Numbered from the stretch's first letter, positions 18,447 through 29,613 are shown. The stretch: DNA of 64,000 nt from Muribaculaceae bacterium (GCA_009775375.1 VSPO01000002.1:3593-67592); one strand, 5' to 3'. Notes: generated by a model from the letters alone, not told the origin. Made by a program: numbers and translations.

Positions 18447-19649
18447 ATGAAAACAATACTGACCGACCCTTTCCTTCCCGTGGATGAAGATGGCTTTTAT
18501 GGCAGATTCGGCGGAGCCTTTATTCCCGAGATTCTCCATTCCAACATAGAAAAACTTAAAGAGGCATATGCCCGATATGCCGACGACGCAGAATTCAATG
18601 AGGAATATGAACAGCTTCTCAGCGACTACGTAGGCCGTCCCACTCCGCTTTATCATGCCAGGCGCCTTTCCGAGACATACGGCGCCAATATCTATCTAAA
18701 GCGCGAAGACCTCTGCCACACGGGGGCCCATAAGATTAACAATGCCATAGGGTCGGTGCTTCTCGCCAAGCGGATGGGGAAGACAAGAATCATCGCCGAG
18801 ACCGGAGCCGGACAACATGGAGTGGCGGTGGCGACAGTCTGCGCGCTGATGGGGCTTGAATGCGTCATCTACATGGGCGCGACCGACGTGGAAAGGCAGC
18901 GTCCCAACGTGGAGCGCATAAAGATGCTCGGGGCAGAGGTGAGACCCGTCACGTCGGGCAATATGACCCTGAAAGATGCAACCAACGAGGCTATCCGCGA
19001 CTGGTGCTGCAACCCTGTCGACACATTCTACGTCATCGGCAGCACCGTAGGGCCGCATCCTTATCCCATGATGGTCGCCCGGTTTCAGTCGGTCATCAGC
19101 AGGGAGATAAAGCGTCAGCTCAAGGAGCAGACCGGAAGGGAGACGCCGGACTACGTCGTGGCCTGCATCGGAGGCGGAAGCAACGCCGCCGGAGCGTTCT
19201 ATCATTTCCTGAAAGAGCCTGACGTAAGGCTCATCGCCGTGGAAGCCGCCGGACTGGGAGTCGACACCAATGAATCCGCCGCCACTATACGCCTTGGAAG
19301 CGAAGGAATCATCCACGGATCGCGCACCTTGGTGATGCAGACCGACGACGGCCAGATAACGGAGCCTTATTCCATATCAGCCGGACTTGACTATCCCGGA
19401 GTGGGACCGCTCCACGCCTATCTCGCACAAAGCGGCAGGGCGGAAGTGGCGGCGGCCACTGATTCAGAAGCTTTGGAGGCAGCACAAATCTTGACCCTGA
19501 CAGAGGGGATAATCCCCGCACTCGAATCGGCCCACGCCCTCGCGATACTCAACCAAAAGAGATTCCGGCCGGAAGACGTGGTGGTCATCAACGTCTCAGG
19601 CAGGGGCGACAAGGACATGCAGACCTACATGAAGCACAACAAAAACTGA
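18447..19649 (+). CDS. trpB: Tryptophan synthase beta
   Basis: [36 protein letters not shown]. Confidence 0.97.
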   Translation: MKTILTDPFLPVDEDGFYGRFGGAFIPEILHSNIEKLKEAYARYADDAEFNEEYEQLLSDYVGRPTPLYHARRLSETYGANIYLKREDLCHTGAHKINNAIGSVLLAKRMGKTRIIAETGAGQHGVAVATVCALMGLECVIYMGATDVERQRPNVERIKMLGAEVRPVTSGNMTLKDATNEAIRDWCCNPVDTFYVIGSTVGPHPYPMMVARFQSVISREIKRQLKEQTGRETPDYVVACIGGGSNAAGAFYHFLKEPDVRLIAVEAAGLGVDTNESAATIRLGSEGIIHGSRTLVMQTDDGQITEPYSISAGLDYPGVGPLHAYLAQSGRAEVAAATDSEALEAAQILTLTEGIIPALESAHALAILNQKRFRPEDVVVINVSGRGDKDMQTYMKHNKN

Positions 19650-19665
19650 CAAAAGAACCCAAGCA

Positions 19666-21063
19666 ATGAAACTTACGCAAAATACCACCGTCATATCAGC
19701 CGACCTGGAGACTCCGGTGGGCCTCTATCTGAAAATACGCGACCTCTATCCCTGCTCGGCGCTCCTCGAAAGTTCCGACTATCACACAACTCAGAATTCC
19801 ACCTCAATAATCGGAGTGGACCCGATTGGCTCGTTGACCGTGGTCGGGGAGAAAATCATCCGCCGCTATCCCGACGGGACTGAAGCAATAAGCAAGGCCG
19901 AGGGCGTGACTGACGCGCTTAAAGAATATATCACATCCTACGAAAACACCCTCCACAACACGAGCCTTTTCAACGGACTGCTCGGATTCACCGCCTACGA
20001 CGCCGTGAGATATTTCGAGCCGTCGGTTCCGGTCAGAGGGCGCGAGGAGAAACTGGCCGACATACCGGACATGCAATATCTTCTCTATCGATTCATTATC
20101 CAGGTGAACCATTTCCGCAACGAAATGACTATCATCGAGAACATCCCGGAAGGAGACAGCAGCAGGAGTGAGGAATTGCTGTCGATCATACGCAACAACA
20201 ACATCGCCATCTATCCCTTCCACGCGAAAAACGACCTCGAATCGCCCGTCACAGATGAGGAATACATAGAAATGGTGAGACGTGGCATCGCCCATGCCAA
20301 GCGGGGCGACGTTTTTCAAATCGTCCCTTCGCGTCGCTTCTCGCAAGGGTTCACGGGGGATGAGTTCAACGTCTATCGCGCACTCCGCTCCATCAATCCC
20401 TCCCCCTATCTGTTTTTCTTCGATTTCGGCAATTTCAAGGTATTCGGCTCTTCGCCGGAGACTCATTTCCGCGTGACTGCAGACCGGAAGGCATACATCG
20501 ACCCGATAGCCGGGACATTCCGTCGCACAGGCGACGACGCCCGCGACCATGAACTCGCGGAGAAACTTCTCAATGACCCCAAAGAGAACGCCGAGCATAT
20601 CATGCTCGTAGACCTTGCCCGCAACGACCTCAGCCGCAGCGGCGGCAGGGTGCACGTGGAATATCTCAAGCAGATACAATTCTACTCCCACGTAATCCAC
20701 ATGGTCAGCCGCGTCGTGGCTGAACTTCCCGAGGACGCAGATGTCTACAAACTTTTCGGGGAGACATTGCCCGCCGGCACCCTCAGCGGCGCTCCGAAAG
20801 TGCGCGCCATGCAGCTTATCAATGAGCTTGAGCCGCACAGCCGCGTGACCTATGCCGGATGTATCGGCACGTTCGGGTTCGACGGGTCGATCAACCAGGC
20901 CATCACAATCCGCTCCTTTCTCAGCAAAGACAACCGCCTCTATTCCCAATCGGGAGGTGGAGTCGTGGCCCGCTCCGTGCCTGAGAATGAGCTTCAGGAG
21001 ACTAAAAACAAGCTCGGGGCCTTGGTGAAGGCCGTGAAACATGCAGAATCGTTCAACGTCTAA
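19666..21063 (+). CDS. trpE: Anthranilate synthase component I
   Basis: GDVFQIV, NPSPY, KENAEHIMLVDLARND, GTLSGAPKVRAM. Confidence 0.95.
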   Translation: MKLTQNTTVISADLETPVGLYLKIRDLYPCSALLESSDYHTTQNSTSIIGVDPIGSLTVVGEKIIRRYPDGTEAISKAEGVTDALKEYITSYENTLHNTSLFNGLLGFTAYDAVRYFEPSVPVRGREEKLADIPDMQYLLYRFIIQVNHFRNEMTIIENIPEGDSSRSEELLSIIRNNNIAIYPFHAKNDLESPVTDEEYIEMVRRGIAHAKRGDVFQIVPSRRFSQGFTGDEFNVYRALRSINPSPYLFFFDFGNFKVFGSSPETHFRVTADRKAYIDPIAGTFRRTGDDARDHELAEKLLNDPKENAEHIMLVDLARNDLSRSGGRVHVEYLKQIQFYSHVIHMVSRVVAELPEDADVYKLFGETLPAGTLSGAPKVRAMQLINELEPHSRVTYAGCIGTFGFDGSINQAITIRSFLSKDNRLYSQSGGGVVARSVPENELQETKNKLGALVKAVKHAESFNV

Positions 21064-21075
21064 TCCCTCTAAACT

Positions 21076-21639
21076 ATGAGACTTCTTATTCTTGACAACT
21101 ACGACTCCTTTACATATAATATAGTCCATGCCGTGAGAGAGGCGGGGATTGTCCCGATCGTGGTGCGCAACGACAAAATAACGCTTCCTGAGATTGAATC
21201 CTACGACAAGATAATAATATCCCCGGGTCCGGGAATCCCGTCGGAGGCAGGGATACTAATGGATATGCTCCGGGAATATGCCGGGAAGAAGCCGATTCTT
21301 GGAGTATGTCTCGGCCATCAGGCCATAGGGGAGAATTTCGGGGCTTCGCTTGAGAACCTTTCCGACGTCTTCCACGGCGTGCAGACACCTGCACGCAAGA
21401 CCGCCGACGACTACATCCTCGACGGAATGGGCAACCGGTTCAGCATCGGCAGGTATCATTCCTGGATAGTCAGCGACGAAGGCCTTCCGGAATGCCTTGT
21501 AGTCACTTCGCGCGATGAAGATGGACGGATAATGTCGATGCGCCACCGCGACCTCGACATCCACGGCGTGCAGTTTCATCCCGAATCGCTGCTGACCCCC
21601 GGAGGAACTAAAATAATCGAAAACTTCCTGAACCACTGA
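21076..21639 (+). CDS. trpG: Anthranilate synthase component II
   Basis: DNYDSFTYN, SPGPG, GVCLGHQ, QFHPES. Confidence 0.95.
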   Translation: MRLLILDNYDSFTYNIVHAVREAGIVPIVVRNDKITLPEIESYDKIIISPGPGIPSEAGILMDMLREYAGKKPILGVCLGHQAIGENFGASLENLSDVFHGVQTPARKTADDYILDGMGNRFSIGRYHSWIVSDEGLPECLVVTSRDEDGRIMSMRHRDLDIHGVQFHPESLLTPGGTKIIENFLNH

Positions 21640-21646
21640 ATCTAAG

Positions 21647-22642
21647 ATGAACCAGATACTATCCACCTTATTTGAGCACAAGAGCCTCAGCCGCAGCCAG
21701 GCCCGCGACATTATGCTAAATATAGCCGACGGAAAATACAACGACAACCAGCTGTCGGCATTCATGACCGTATTTCTTATGCGAAGCATCACTTCCGAGG
21801 AGTTGACGGGATTCCGCGACGCCATACTGATGCGCAGGGTGGCCATCGACCTTGGCGACACCAACGCCATCGACATCGTAGGGACGGGAGGCGACGGCAA
21901 AAACACTTTCAACATTTCCACCGCCTCCTGCTTTGTCGTGGCGGGTGCAGGGAGGAAAGTAGTGAAGCATGGCAACTACGGGGCCAGCTCCGTCTCGGGT
22001 GCTTCCAACGTGCTTGAGCAGCATGGAGTGAAATTCACTGCCGACCAGGATAAACTCCGCCGCTCGCTTGAGGGGAGCGGAGTCAGCTTCCTTCATGCCC
22101 CGTTTTTCAGTCCAGCCCTCAAAAGCGTAGGCCCCGTAAGGCGTTCGCTGAGAATGCGTACATTTTTCAATATGCTCGGTCCGCTTGTCAACCCGACGCT
22201 TCCGAAGAACCAGCTTCTTGGAGTCTACAACCTAAAGCTCATGCGCCTTTACCGCTACATTGCCCAAAACGAGAACATCAATTGCATGATCGTGCATTCC
22301 CTCGACGGATATGATGAAATTTCGCTGACATTCCCGTTCAAGGTAGTGACCAACGACAAGGAGATTGTGCTCGAAGCTTCCTCGCTGGGACTCTCTGGCG
22401 CAACCCCTGAAGACCTATATGGAGGCGAGACCGTGGAGGAAGCAGCGAAGGTGTTTGACGACGTGCTCTCGTGCCGTGCTTCCGAGGCAAAGCGAAATTG
22501 CGTGATAGCCAACGCCGCATTTGCGCTCCTGACCCTCGACCCAAATCTTGGGATGTCGGAGGCCGTGGCGCAGGCCAGGGAATCGCTTGAAAGCGGTGCC
22601 GCTCTTGACAGCTTCCGGAGATTCGTGGAACTCAACAAATGA
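21647..22642 (+). CDS. trpD: Anthranilate phosphoribosyltransferase
   Basis: DIVGTGGDGKNTFNIST, KHGN. Confidence 0.95.
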   Translation: MNQILSTLFEHKSLSRSQARDIMLNIADGKYNDNQLSAFMTVFLMRSITSEELTGFRDAILMRRVAIDLGDTNAIDIVGTGGDGKNTFNISTASCFVVAGAGRKVVKHGNYGASSVSGASNVLEQHGVKFTADQDKLRRSLEGSGVSFLHAPFFSPALKSVGPVRRSLRMRTFFNMLGPLVNPTLPKNQLLGVYNLKLMRLYRYIAQNENINCMIVHSLDGYDEISLTFPFKVVTNDKEIVLEASSLGLSGATPEDLYGGETVEEAAKVFDDVLSCRASEAKRNCVIANAAFALLTLDPNLGMSEAVAQARESLESGAALDSFRRFVELNK

Positions 22643-23439
22643 AAAAGATGAAAAAGAATATATTGGAAAGAATCGCCGCCACGAAGAGGATAGAGGTGGA
22701 GGCATTGAAGAAATCTGTCGCTACGGAGAAGATGCGCGAAGCAGCGGGAGAGGTGAAGCGCGTGGCCTTGTCGCTTCGCGACTCCGTCAGAGATAGAGAG
22801 GTCGGCATAATCGCGGAACATAAAAGACGCTCTCCCTCCAAGGGGGAAATCGCTCCGATGAGCGACGTGGCCTATATTGCGGAGACATATGCCATGAACG
22901 GGGCGGCCGGGATGTCGGTGCTGACCGATACACCCTATTTCGGAGGAAGCCTGACCGATCTTACAGTGGCGCGAACCACTGCCCCTTGGTTGCCGATATT
23001 GCGCAAGGAATTCATAATAGATGAATTCCAGCTTTATCAGGCGCGGATTGCAGGGGCTGATGCCGTGCTTTTGATAGCGTCGATGATCGACGCCGACCTG
23101 CTTTCCCGTCTTAACGGCGAAGCACATGCCTTGGGACTCCAGACACTCGTGGAAATCCATTCGGCTGAGGAGCTGAAGTCGCTTCCGGGAGACGCAGACC
23201 TTGTCGGCATCAACAACCGTGACCTCACTTCATTCAGCACCGACATCTCCAACAGCGAGCGTTTCATAAAAAGCCTGCCCGCCGAAATGGTGAAGATAGC
23301 CGAAAGCGGGATAAAAAGACCTTCCGACCTTCGAAGGCTTAAAGAGGCGGGGTTCGACGGATTTCTGATAGGGGAAGCCCTTATGTCGGCGCCCGAGCCG
23401 GGAGTAAGGCTTGAGGATTTTATAGCAGCCGGATTATGA
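22639..23439 (+). CDS. trpC: Indole-3-glycerol phosphate synthase
   Basis: IAEHKRRSPSKG, SVLTD, GINNRDL, AESGI. Alternative start at 22648. Confidence 0.93.
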   Translation: MKKMKKNILERIAATKRIEVEALKKSVATEKMREAAGEVKRVALSLRDSVRDREVGIIAEHKRRSPSKGEIAPMSDVAYIAETYAMNGAAGMSVLTDTPYFGGSLTDLTVARTTAPWLPILRKEFIIDEFQLYQARIAGADAVLLIASMIDADLLSRLNGEAHALGLQTLVEIHSAEELKSLPGDADLVGINNRDLTSFSTDISNSERFIKSLPAEMVKIAESGIKRPSDLRRLKEAGFDGFLIGEALMSAPEPGVRLEDFIAAGL

Positions 23440-24074
23440 AAAGAGCCTTGAAGATAAAGGTCTGCGGAATGCGCGGACCCGGGAATATAGAAAAAGTGGC
23501 CGCCTTGGGACCGGACTATATGGGGTTTATCTTTCATGACCCTTCGCCGCGATGCTGCCGGGGGATAGCTGCAAAGGTAGTGGCGTCATTGCCCGACGAG
23601 GTGGTTCCCGTGCTTGTCTCAGTGGATATGCCGGAGGTGGAGATAGTGGCATTGTCCGACCTTCTGGGCATTTCCACGCTTCAGCTACACGGCTCCGAAA
23701 GTCCTGACCTTTGCATGAAATTAAAAAGGAAGGGCTTCACTGTATGGAAGGCGGCAAGACTTGAATCAGCGAAGGATATTGTCGCTCTTGAGGATTATGC
23801 CGGAGCCGTAGATGCCTTTGTCTTCGACACCCCGTCGGCTTCCTATGGAGGAACAGGGAGAAAATTCAATTGGCAATTATTGGATGACTACGATCTTCCG
23901 GTGGATTTCATTCTTAGCGGAGGAATCGGAGAGGACGATGTGGAAGCCATATCCTCGTTTCCCCACCCCCGATTCGCGGGAATCGACCTCAACAGCCGGT
24001 TTGAGGTGGCGCCGGGAGTGAAAGATGAGGTGAAATTAAGGAAATTTATAAACGAAATCAGACAATTGCGTTGA
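23436..24074 (+). CDS. trpF: Phosphoribosylanthranilate isomerase
   Basis: KIKVCG, QLHGSE, GGTG, LSGG, PGVKD. Confidence 0.93.
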   Translation: MKRALKIKVCGMRGPGNIEKVAALGPDYMGFIFHDPSPRCCRGIAAKVVASLPDEVVPVLVSVDMPEVEIVALSDLLGISTLQLHGSESPDLCMKLKRKGFTVWKAARLESAKDIVALEDYAGAVDAFVFDTPSASYGGTGRKFNWQLLDDYDLPVDFILSGGIGEDDVEAISSFPHPRFAGIDLNSRFEVAPGVKDEVKLRKFINEIRQLR

Positions 24075-24118
24075 TCCTGCCGCATGAGGATGTAAGAACG
24101 CGTATAAAACAAAAAGAT

Positions 24119-24904
24119 ATGAACAGACTGACAAAACTCTTACAAAATAAAAACAAGGACCTGCTTGCCGTCTATTTCACGGCCGGATTTCCGGAGAAGG
24201 ATTCGACCGTCGGGATAATCGACGCGCTGTGCAAGGCGGGCACCGACATAATAGAGGTGGGTATCCCGTTTTCCGACCCTATGGCCGACGGCGTTGTCAT
24301 ACAGCACAGCGGAAGCGTCGCCCTGCGCAACGGGATGACACTGCAGTTGCTTCTCGACCAGGTGGAGGAGGCAAGGGCAAAAAATCCGGATATTCCATTC
24401 GTGGCGATGGGCTACCTGAATCCTATCATGAGGATGGGAGCTGAGAGTTTCTTCAAGAGGGCTAAGGAGGCAGGCATCGACGGGGTCATCATCCCCGACC
24501 TTCCTTTCGCCACATATATGGAAGACTACAAGGAATTGAGCCGCCGCTACGACTTGCCTATGATAATGCTTATCACTCCCGAGACGTCGGAAGAGCGAAT
24601 ACATTTAATCGACGAAAACTGCGACGGGTTTATCTACATGGTGTCGGCAGCGTCGACGACAGGGGCTCGCGACCGTTTTACCCCCGAGCAGACAGACTAT
24701 TTCCGTCGCGTGGACTCTCTCGAATTGAAGCATCAGAGATTGATAGGGTTCGGAATATCCAACCATGCCACCTATAGCGACGCCTGCCATTACAGCAGCG
24801 GCGCCATCATAGGAAGCCGGTTTATCAAGCTTCTTGAGACAGAGCCGACTTCGGAGGCGGCGGTGACGGCGCTATATGCCGGAATCGGGAGAGAGCAGGC
24901 ATGA
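24119..24904 (+). CDS. trpA: Tryptophan synthase alpha
   Basis: EVGIPFSDPMADG, IPDLP, GFGIS. Start reassigned to MNRL. Confidence 0.95.
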   Translation: MNRLTKLLQNKNKDLLAVYFTAGFPEKDSTVGIIDALCKAGTDIIEVGIPFSDPMADGVVIQHSGSVALRNGMTLQLLLDQVEEARAKNPDIPFVAMGYLNPIMRMGAESFFKRAKEAGIDGVIIPDLPFATYMEDYKELSRRYDLPMIMLITPETSEERIHLIDENCDGFIYMVSAASTTGARDRFTPEQTDYFRRVDSLELKHQRLIGFGISNHATYSDACHYSSGAIIGSRFIKLLETEPTSEAAVTALYAGIGREQA

Positions 24905-24932
24905 GGGGGGATCCTCCCTCATGCCAGAGGGG

Positions 24933-27407
24933 TCATTCCCTGTAGTAGACGCGTTTCACGCGAGGCGAGACCGACGTCAGGATTTCGTAGGGGATAGTGT
25001 CGAGCACGTCGGCAAGCCTCTGCACGGAAGCATGGGGGCCGAAAATCTCAACGGCGTCGCCCACTTGGCAATCAATCCCGGTCACGTCAATCATGCAGGC
25101 ATCCATACAAATGTTGCCCATAGTCGGAGCTTCTTTGCCGTTGACAATGACAGAAATCGCTCCCCGGCCGAAATGTCGGTTCATCCCGTCGGCATAACCG
25201 ATGGGGATAGTTGCAATTTTTGAATCGCGGGTAAGAATGCCTCTTCTTCCATATCCTATCGTTTCTCCCGCTTTCCATTCGCGGATGGCGATGATGACTG
25301 TGCGGAGTGTGGAAACCACGGCGAGCGGTTTTTCCACTTCGGCCGGGAGGGTGTTTGCTCCGTAAAGGCCTATGCCTAGACGGGCCATGTCGTAGTGATG
25401 CTCCGGAAAACGCAAAATTCCCGCCGAGTTGAGCACATGGCGCTTGACGCGATAGGGAATGCCGGCGGCAACTTCGTCGGTCATCTCGCGGAAGCGGGCA
25501 AGCTGGAGAAGCGTATAGTCATCCATGTCGACGCAATCCGCTGTGGCGAGATGCGAGAACATAGAGGAAAGCCTGACCACGTTTTGTGAATTCATGATGT
25601 CGGTAAGCTCAGAGAGTTCTTCGGGGAGAAGCCCTGTGCGGTGCATCCCTGTGTCAAGTTTCAGATGGATGGGATATTCGGTCACTCCATATTTCTCTCC
25701 TTCGCGTATCACGTCGCGAAGCATCTCCAGGCTATAGATTTCCGGTTCGAGACGATAGGCGAACATCGAGCGATAGTTCACGACCTTGGGGTTCATCACC
25801 ATAATCGGCATCCGAATGCCACGGTTGCGTAGGTCTATCCCTTCGTCGAGCACCGCCACTGCCAGGTAGGCCGCCCCGCAGTCTTGGAGCGTCTTGGCGA
25901 TCTCATAGCTTCCAGCCCCGTAGCCGGAGGCTTTCACCATGCATACAATCCCTGTGGAGGAAGGAAGATGACTTCTGAAATAATTGTAGTTGGCTACGAT
26001 GGAATCGAGGTTCACCTCAAGCACCGTCTCATGTTTCCTTGCCTCAAGCATCTCATTGATTCTCCCGAACCCGAATTGAGGGGCTCCTTTCAGAAGGATT
26101 ATCTCGTTTGCAAAGTCAGACGTCGAGAGTTTTTCAAGAAACTGTTCCGTTGAGTTAAAAAAGAGAGAGTCTTCGGGGAACAAGTTGCGATGGGCGAGCA
26201 GATTCTTTCCTATTCCTATGAAACGCCTGATACCTGTCTCATTGATGGTGCGGGCAATCGCCTGATAAATTTCTGTCCCTTCCGAAGTCTCATGGAGGAT
26301 ATCGCTTAAGATGAGGGTTGGGGTCTGGGCCGGTATCGCGCGCCGGTTCATGAAGTCGATGGCAGGCCGTAGCGAAGAGAAATCGCTCGTATAGGAGTCG
26401 TGGATCAGGGAGCAGGCGTTGACACCCTCGGTGACGTTGAGCCTTGTGCCTATCCTGTGGAGGACTGCGAACCTCTCTTTGACGACTTCGTGGGATATTC
26501 CTTCCGCCAAAAGGAACGCTATTGCCCCGGCAGCATTGCGGAGGTCTGCTTCGTTTGCTATCGGAGCTTTAATGGTATGAGATTTGCCGTCGGAGGTATA
26601 TGTAAGGCTGGTAAGTGCTTTTTCATTGAAGGCATCGCAGGAGACAACGACCGAGGCGTTGGGATTTGAGAGCGACCAAGTGATCGCGTGGCGTCCTTCA
26701 ATATAAGGAATCAGGGCCTGGCGAAGAAGCTCCGAGTCGAGGTCGTAGATAATTCGACTTACGGAATCGGGAGCGGCGAGCAAGGCCTTCTCTTCCGCTT
26801 TCTCTTTCATGGAGGAGAAACCTTCGGAATGGGGATCTCCTATATTCGTCAGTATGACCGTGTCGGGGCTAATGCAATTTGCGAGAGAGTCCATCTCTCC
26901 CTTTTTTGATATGCCGGCCTCGATGATGGAGAGATCGGTGGTCTTCTCTGTTTCCCACATTGAGAGAGGCACTCCTATCTGCGAGTTGAAACTTCTTGGC
27001 GATCGTGAAATTTCCATGAAGGGCTCAAGGAGCTGAAATATCCATTCCTTCAGGGTGGTTTTCCCTCTGCTCCCGGTGATGGCCACCACTTCGCAATGAT
27101 TCTCACTCGATCTTGACGCCACTGTCTGCAAAGCTTTGACTACGTCGTCGACCAGAATGAAGTTGGCGTCTTCAGCCGAGGCCATTGACTCAGGTATGAA
27201 ATTGGCCACGAAATGAGTTACGCCACGGCCGTACAATTCACGGATATAATTATGTCCATCGTTCCCTCCGGGGGTAGCTATAGCGAAAAATACGGAGGAT
27301 TCCGGTCTTGTCAAGCTTCTGGAATCAGTCAGGAGCGTGTCGATGATAGTGAGGGAGGAGGATTCTGAGCCGAGCCGAGCGGCTATTTCATTGAAGGATG
27401 CTTTCAT
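24933..27407 (-). CDS. alr: Bifunctional MurF / alanine racemase
   Basis: N-terminal Mur ligase ITGSRGKTT; C-terminal VKASGYG, KLDTGMHR, PIGYADG, ICMD and TIPYE. Confidence 0.92.
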   Translation of the reverse strand: MKASFNEIAARLGSESSSLTIIDTLLTDSRSLTRPESSVFFAIATPGGNDGHNYIRELYGRGVTHFVANFIPESMASAEDANFILVDDVVKALQTVASRSSENHCEVVAITGSRGKTTLKEWIFQLLEPFMEISRSPRSFNSQIGVPLSMWETEKTTDLSIIEAGISKKGEMDSLANCISPDTVILTNIGDPHSEGFSSMKEKAEEKALLAAPDSVSRIIYDLDSELLRQALIPYIEGRHAITWSLSNPNASVVVSCDAFNEKALTSLTYTSDGKSHTIKAPIANEADLRNAAGAIAFLLAEGISHEVVKERFAVLHRIGTRLNVTEGVNACSLIHDSYTSDFSSLRPAIDFMNRRAIPAQTPTLILSDILHETSEGTEIYQAIARTINETGIRRFIGIGKNLLAHRNLFPEDSLFFNSTEQFLEKLSTSDFANEIILLKGAPQFGFGRINEMLEARKHETVLEVNLDSIVANYNYFRSHLPSSTGIVCMVKASGYGAGSYEIAKTLQDCGAAYLAVAVLDEGIDLRNRGIRMPIMVMNPKVVNYRSMFAYRLEPEIYSLEMLRDVIREGEKYGVTEYPIHLKLDTGMHRTGLLPEELSELTDIMNSQNVVRLSSMFSHLATADCVDMDDYTLLQLARFREMTDEVAAGIPYRVKRHVLNSAGILRFPEHHYDMARLGIGLYGANTLPAEVEKPLAVVSTLRTVIIAIREWKAGETIGYGRRGILTRDSKIATIPIGYADGMNRHFGRGAISVIVNGKEAPTMGNICMDACMIDVTGIDCQVGDAVEIFGPHASVQRLADVLDTIPYEILTSVSPRVKRVYYRE

Positions 27408-27460
27408 TTATACGAAATTGAAAAACGACTTCAAAATTACAACCAAGAATCGTAATAACC

Positions 27461-27494
27461 AAAAAAAAGGACGCATATCCCTACGCGTCCTTTT
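27461..27494 (-). terminator. Intrinsic terminator
   Basis: aaaaggacgcgta-ggga-tatgcgtcc followed by U8 on the minus strand. Confidence 0.8.
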
Positions 27495-27692
27495 CTTACA
27501 ATAGTCTCCCGAATCCCATCGGAAGCCATCGATAGTCCTAATCCTAAATTTAACTATTAATCCATAACTTTGCTAATGCAACAATAAAATTGTCAATGAA
27601 ACGATTAATTGGTCTAATGAGAAGAAATATCTCCTATCCCCTCAAACCCTTGACACGAAATGGTCAGGATGTCATTAGATGTTATGAAAACA
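27461..27692 (-). ncRNA. Candidate sRNA of about 230 nt
   Basis: TAACTTTG at 27703-27696, terminator at 27461-27494, no credible ORF between them, internal stems. Confidence 0.5.
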
Positions 27693-27820
27693 TTGCAAAG
27701 TTAGTAATAAAAATTTACTTAACATCATAAATTTTTAATTAAAATTAGGCAAAAATGGGGAATTTATACAAAACGGATATTAAAATTTGTTAAAATGCAA
27801 ATAATTTACATAGTTTATGA

Positions 27821-28597
27821 TTAAAATACCGAAGATTTGCCATTTGGGAGCCATCCCGGGATGTGGAATTCGGTGGCGGTGCGGTCGAGACTGACAGCCA
27901 CCACCGACACAATCCCATTCGACAGACACCATTGGTCGGTCACTTCGTTATCCGGCTCATAATTTGAGAATGTGCCGGTCAGCCAATAGAATTTTTTGCC
28001 GTTGGGGTCGGTGTATTCCTTATATTCATCGCTCCAGTTTCCCTTGGCGGCCTTGACGAGACGCATTTCTGTGGGGGCCGGACCGAAGTGAGGTATGTTC
28101 ACGTTAAGGCAAATGCTTTCAGGTAGACCCTCCCGCAACACTCCTTCAGAAATTCTGTCGACAAACGGTAGGCACGGCGAGAAGTCGGCCTGCATGGAGT
28201 GGTCGGTCAGCGAGAATCCTACGGATGGGATTCCGAAAGCGCATCCCTCCATTGCCGCGCCCATCGTTCCGGAGTAAAGCACGTTGATAGAGGCGTTCGA
28301 TCCATGGTTGATTCCGCTTGCGAGAAGCGACGGCTTTCGGTCGACGACGGTGTGCATTCCGAGCTTAACGCAGTCGACGGGAGTGCCGTTGGTCTTATAC
28401 ATCTTTGCACCGTGATAGTCTTCCACGCGCTCTATGCGTAGAGGAGCGTTGACGGTCAAAGCCATGGATTGAGCGGATCTGGGGGAGTCGGGACAGACGC
28501 AAATGACGTCGCCCATGGGAAGCAACCTGTCGATGAGGCAGAAAACTCCGGGAGCTTCTATGCCATCGTCGTTGGTCACAAATATAAGTGGTCGCAT
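27821..28597 (-). CDS. surE: 5'/3'-nucleotidase SurE
   Basis: VTNDDG, GTPVDCV, SGINHG, YSGT. Confidence 0.93.
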   Translation of the reverse strand: MRPLIFVTNDDGIEAPGVFCLIDRLLPMGDVICVCPDSPRSAQSMALTVNAPLRIERVEDYHGAKMYKTNGTPVDCVKLGMHTVVDRKPSLLASGINHGSNASINVLYSGTMGAAMEGCAFGIPSVGFSLTDHSMQADFSPCLPFVDRISEGVLREGLPESICLNVNIPHFGPAPTEMRLVKAAKGNWSDEYKEYTDPNGKKFYWLTGTFSNYEPDNEVTDQWCLSNGIVSVVAVSLDRTATEFHIPGWLPNGKSSVF

Positions 28598-28613
28598 GAT
28601 TTGATTTTTTTGA

Positions 28614-29606
28614 TTATTTCTTTTTGCGAAGGAGAAAGTGGTCGATGATAATATTCCTGTCGGAACCCGGAAGAGAGGAGAGTGTGTCGCGGTCGGGGAA
28701 GTCGGTGTATTCCCGACGCATTTTGCGAAAGTCTCGGTGGGCTTTCAGGATTGCGCGGGCGTTGGGAAGGTCGAGTTTCGCAAGATACATGAAGAAAGCG
28801 AGAGTGTCTGCCAGCCTGCGAAGCACCAGCACTTTCCTTCCTTTCCTGCGGGGCAGGTTCTTGTGTAGAAGGAGAAGGTTGTTGCGGAAATTCAGGTAGG
28901 TCTTGCGGGGATTGCCTTGGCTAAGCGATGCTCCGCCGACGTGAAGCACCTCGCAATCAGTCAACGCGCAGACCTTGTAGCCCGCTGCATGCATGCGGCA
29001 GCAAAGGTCTATTTCTTCCATGTGGGCGAAAAACTTCGGGTCGAGCCCCCCGAGATTGAGATATAGCTCAGTGTTCACAATCAAGGCGGCCCCTGAAGCC
29101 CAGCAAACATCCGCAGGGGGGCCGTCGTATTGCCCGTTGTCCTTTTCAATGGAGTCGAATAGTCTGCCCCGGCAATAGGGATAGCCAAGGCGGTCGAGAT
29201 AGCCTCCGGCCGCTCCGGCATATTCAAAGGAGGAGGGGTCGCGGAAACTTTTGATTTTCGGTTGTGCCGCTCCCACGTCGGGATTCTTCTCCATAAACCT
29301 CAGCAACGGTTGCCACCAGCCTTCTCCCACCATGACATCGCTGTTGAGCAGAATGGTGAAAGGATAGCGAGTGGCGGAGATCGCCCTGTTGTAGCCCTCA
29401 GCGAAACCATAGTTTTTGTCAAGCCCTATGACTTCGATGCCGGGCAGGTTCTCCCGGATCCATCCGACAGAATCGTCAGTCGACCCATTGTCGGCCACGA
29501 TAAGGTCTACGTCGCTGCCCGACGTATGGCGGGCGGCTGTAGGCAGGAATTCCTTCAGGAGAGATAGTCCGTTCCAATTAAGGATTATGACGGCCAATTT
29601 TTTCAT
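28614..29606 (-). CDS. Glycosyltransferase family 2
   Basis: VIILNWNG, DNGSTD, LLNSD, FAHMEEIDLC. Confidence 0.88.
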   Translation of the reverse strand: MKKLAVIILNWNGLSLLKEFLPTAARHTSGSDVDLIVADNGSTDDSVGWIRENLPGIEVIGLDKNYGFAEGYNRAISATRYPFTILLNSDVMVGEGWWQPLLRFMEKNPDVGAAQPKIKSFRDPSSFEYAGAAGGYLDRLGYPYCRGRLFDSIEKDNGQYDGPPADVCWASGAALIVNTELYLNLGGLDPKFFAHMEEIDLCCRMHAAGYKVCALTDCEVLHVGGASLSQGNPRKTYLNFRNNLLLLHKNLPRRKGRKVLVLRRLADTLAFFMYLAKLDLPNARAILKAHRDFRKMRREYTDFPDRDTLSSLPGSDRNIIIDHFLLRKKK

Positions 29607-29613
29607 GACATCA

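Noticed and set aside
24933..27407. MurF-alanine racemase fusion as a novelty
   Set aside because: It is a well-known Bacteroidetes fusion.
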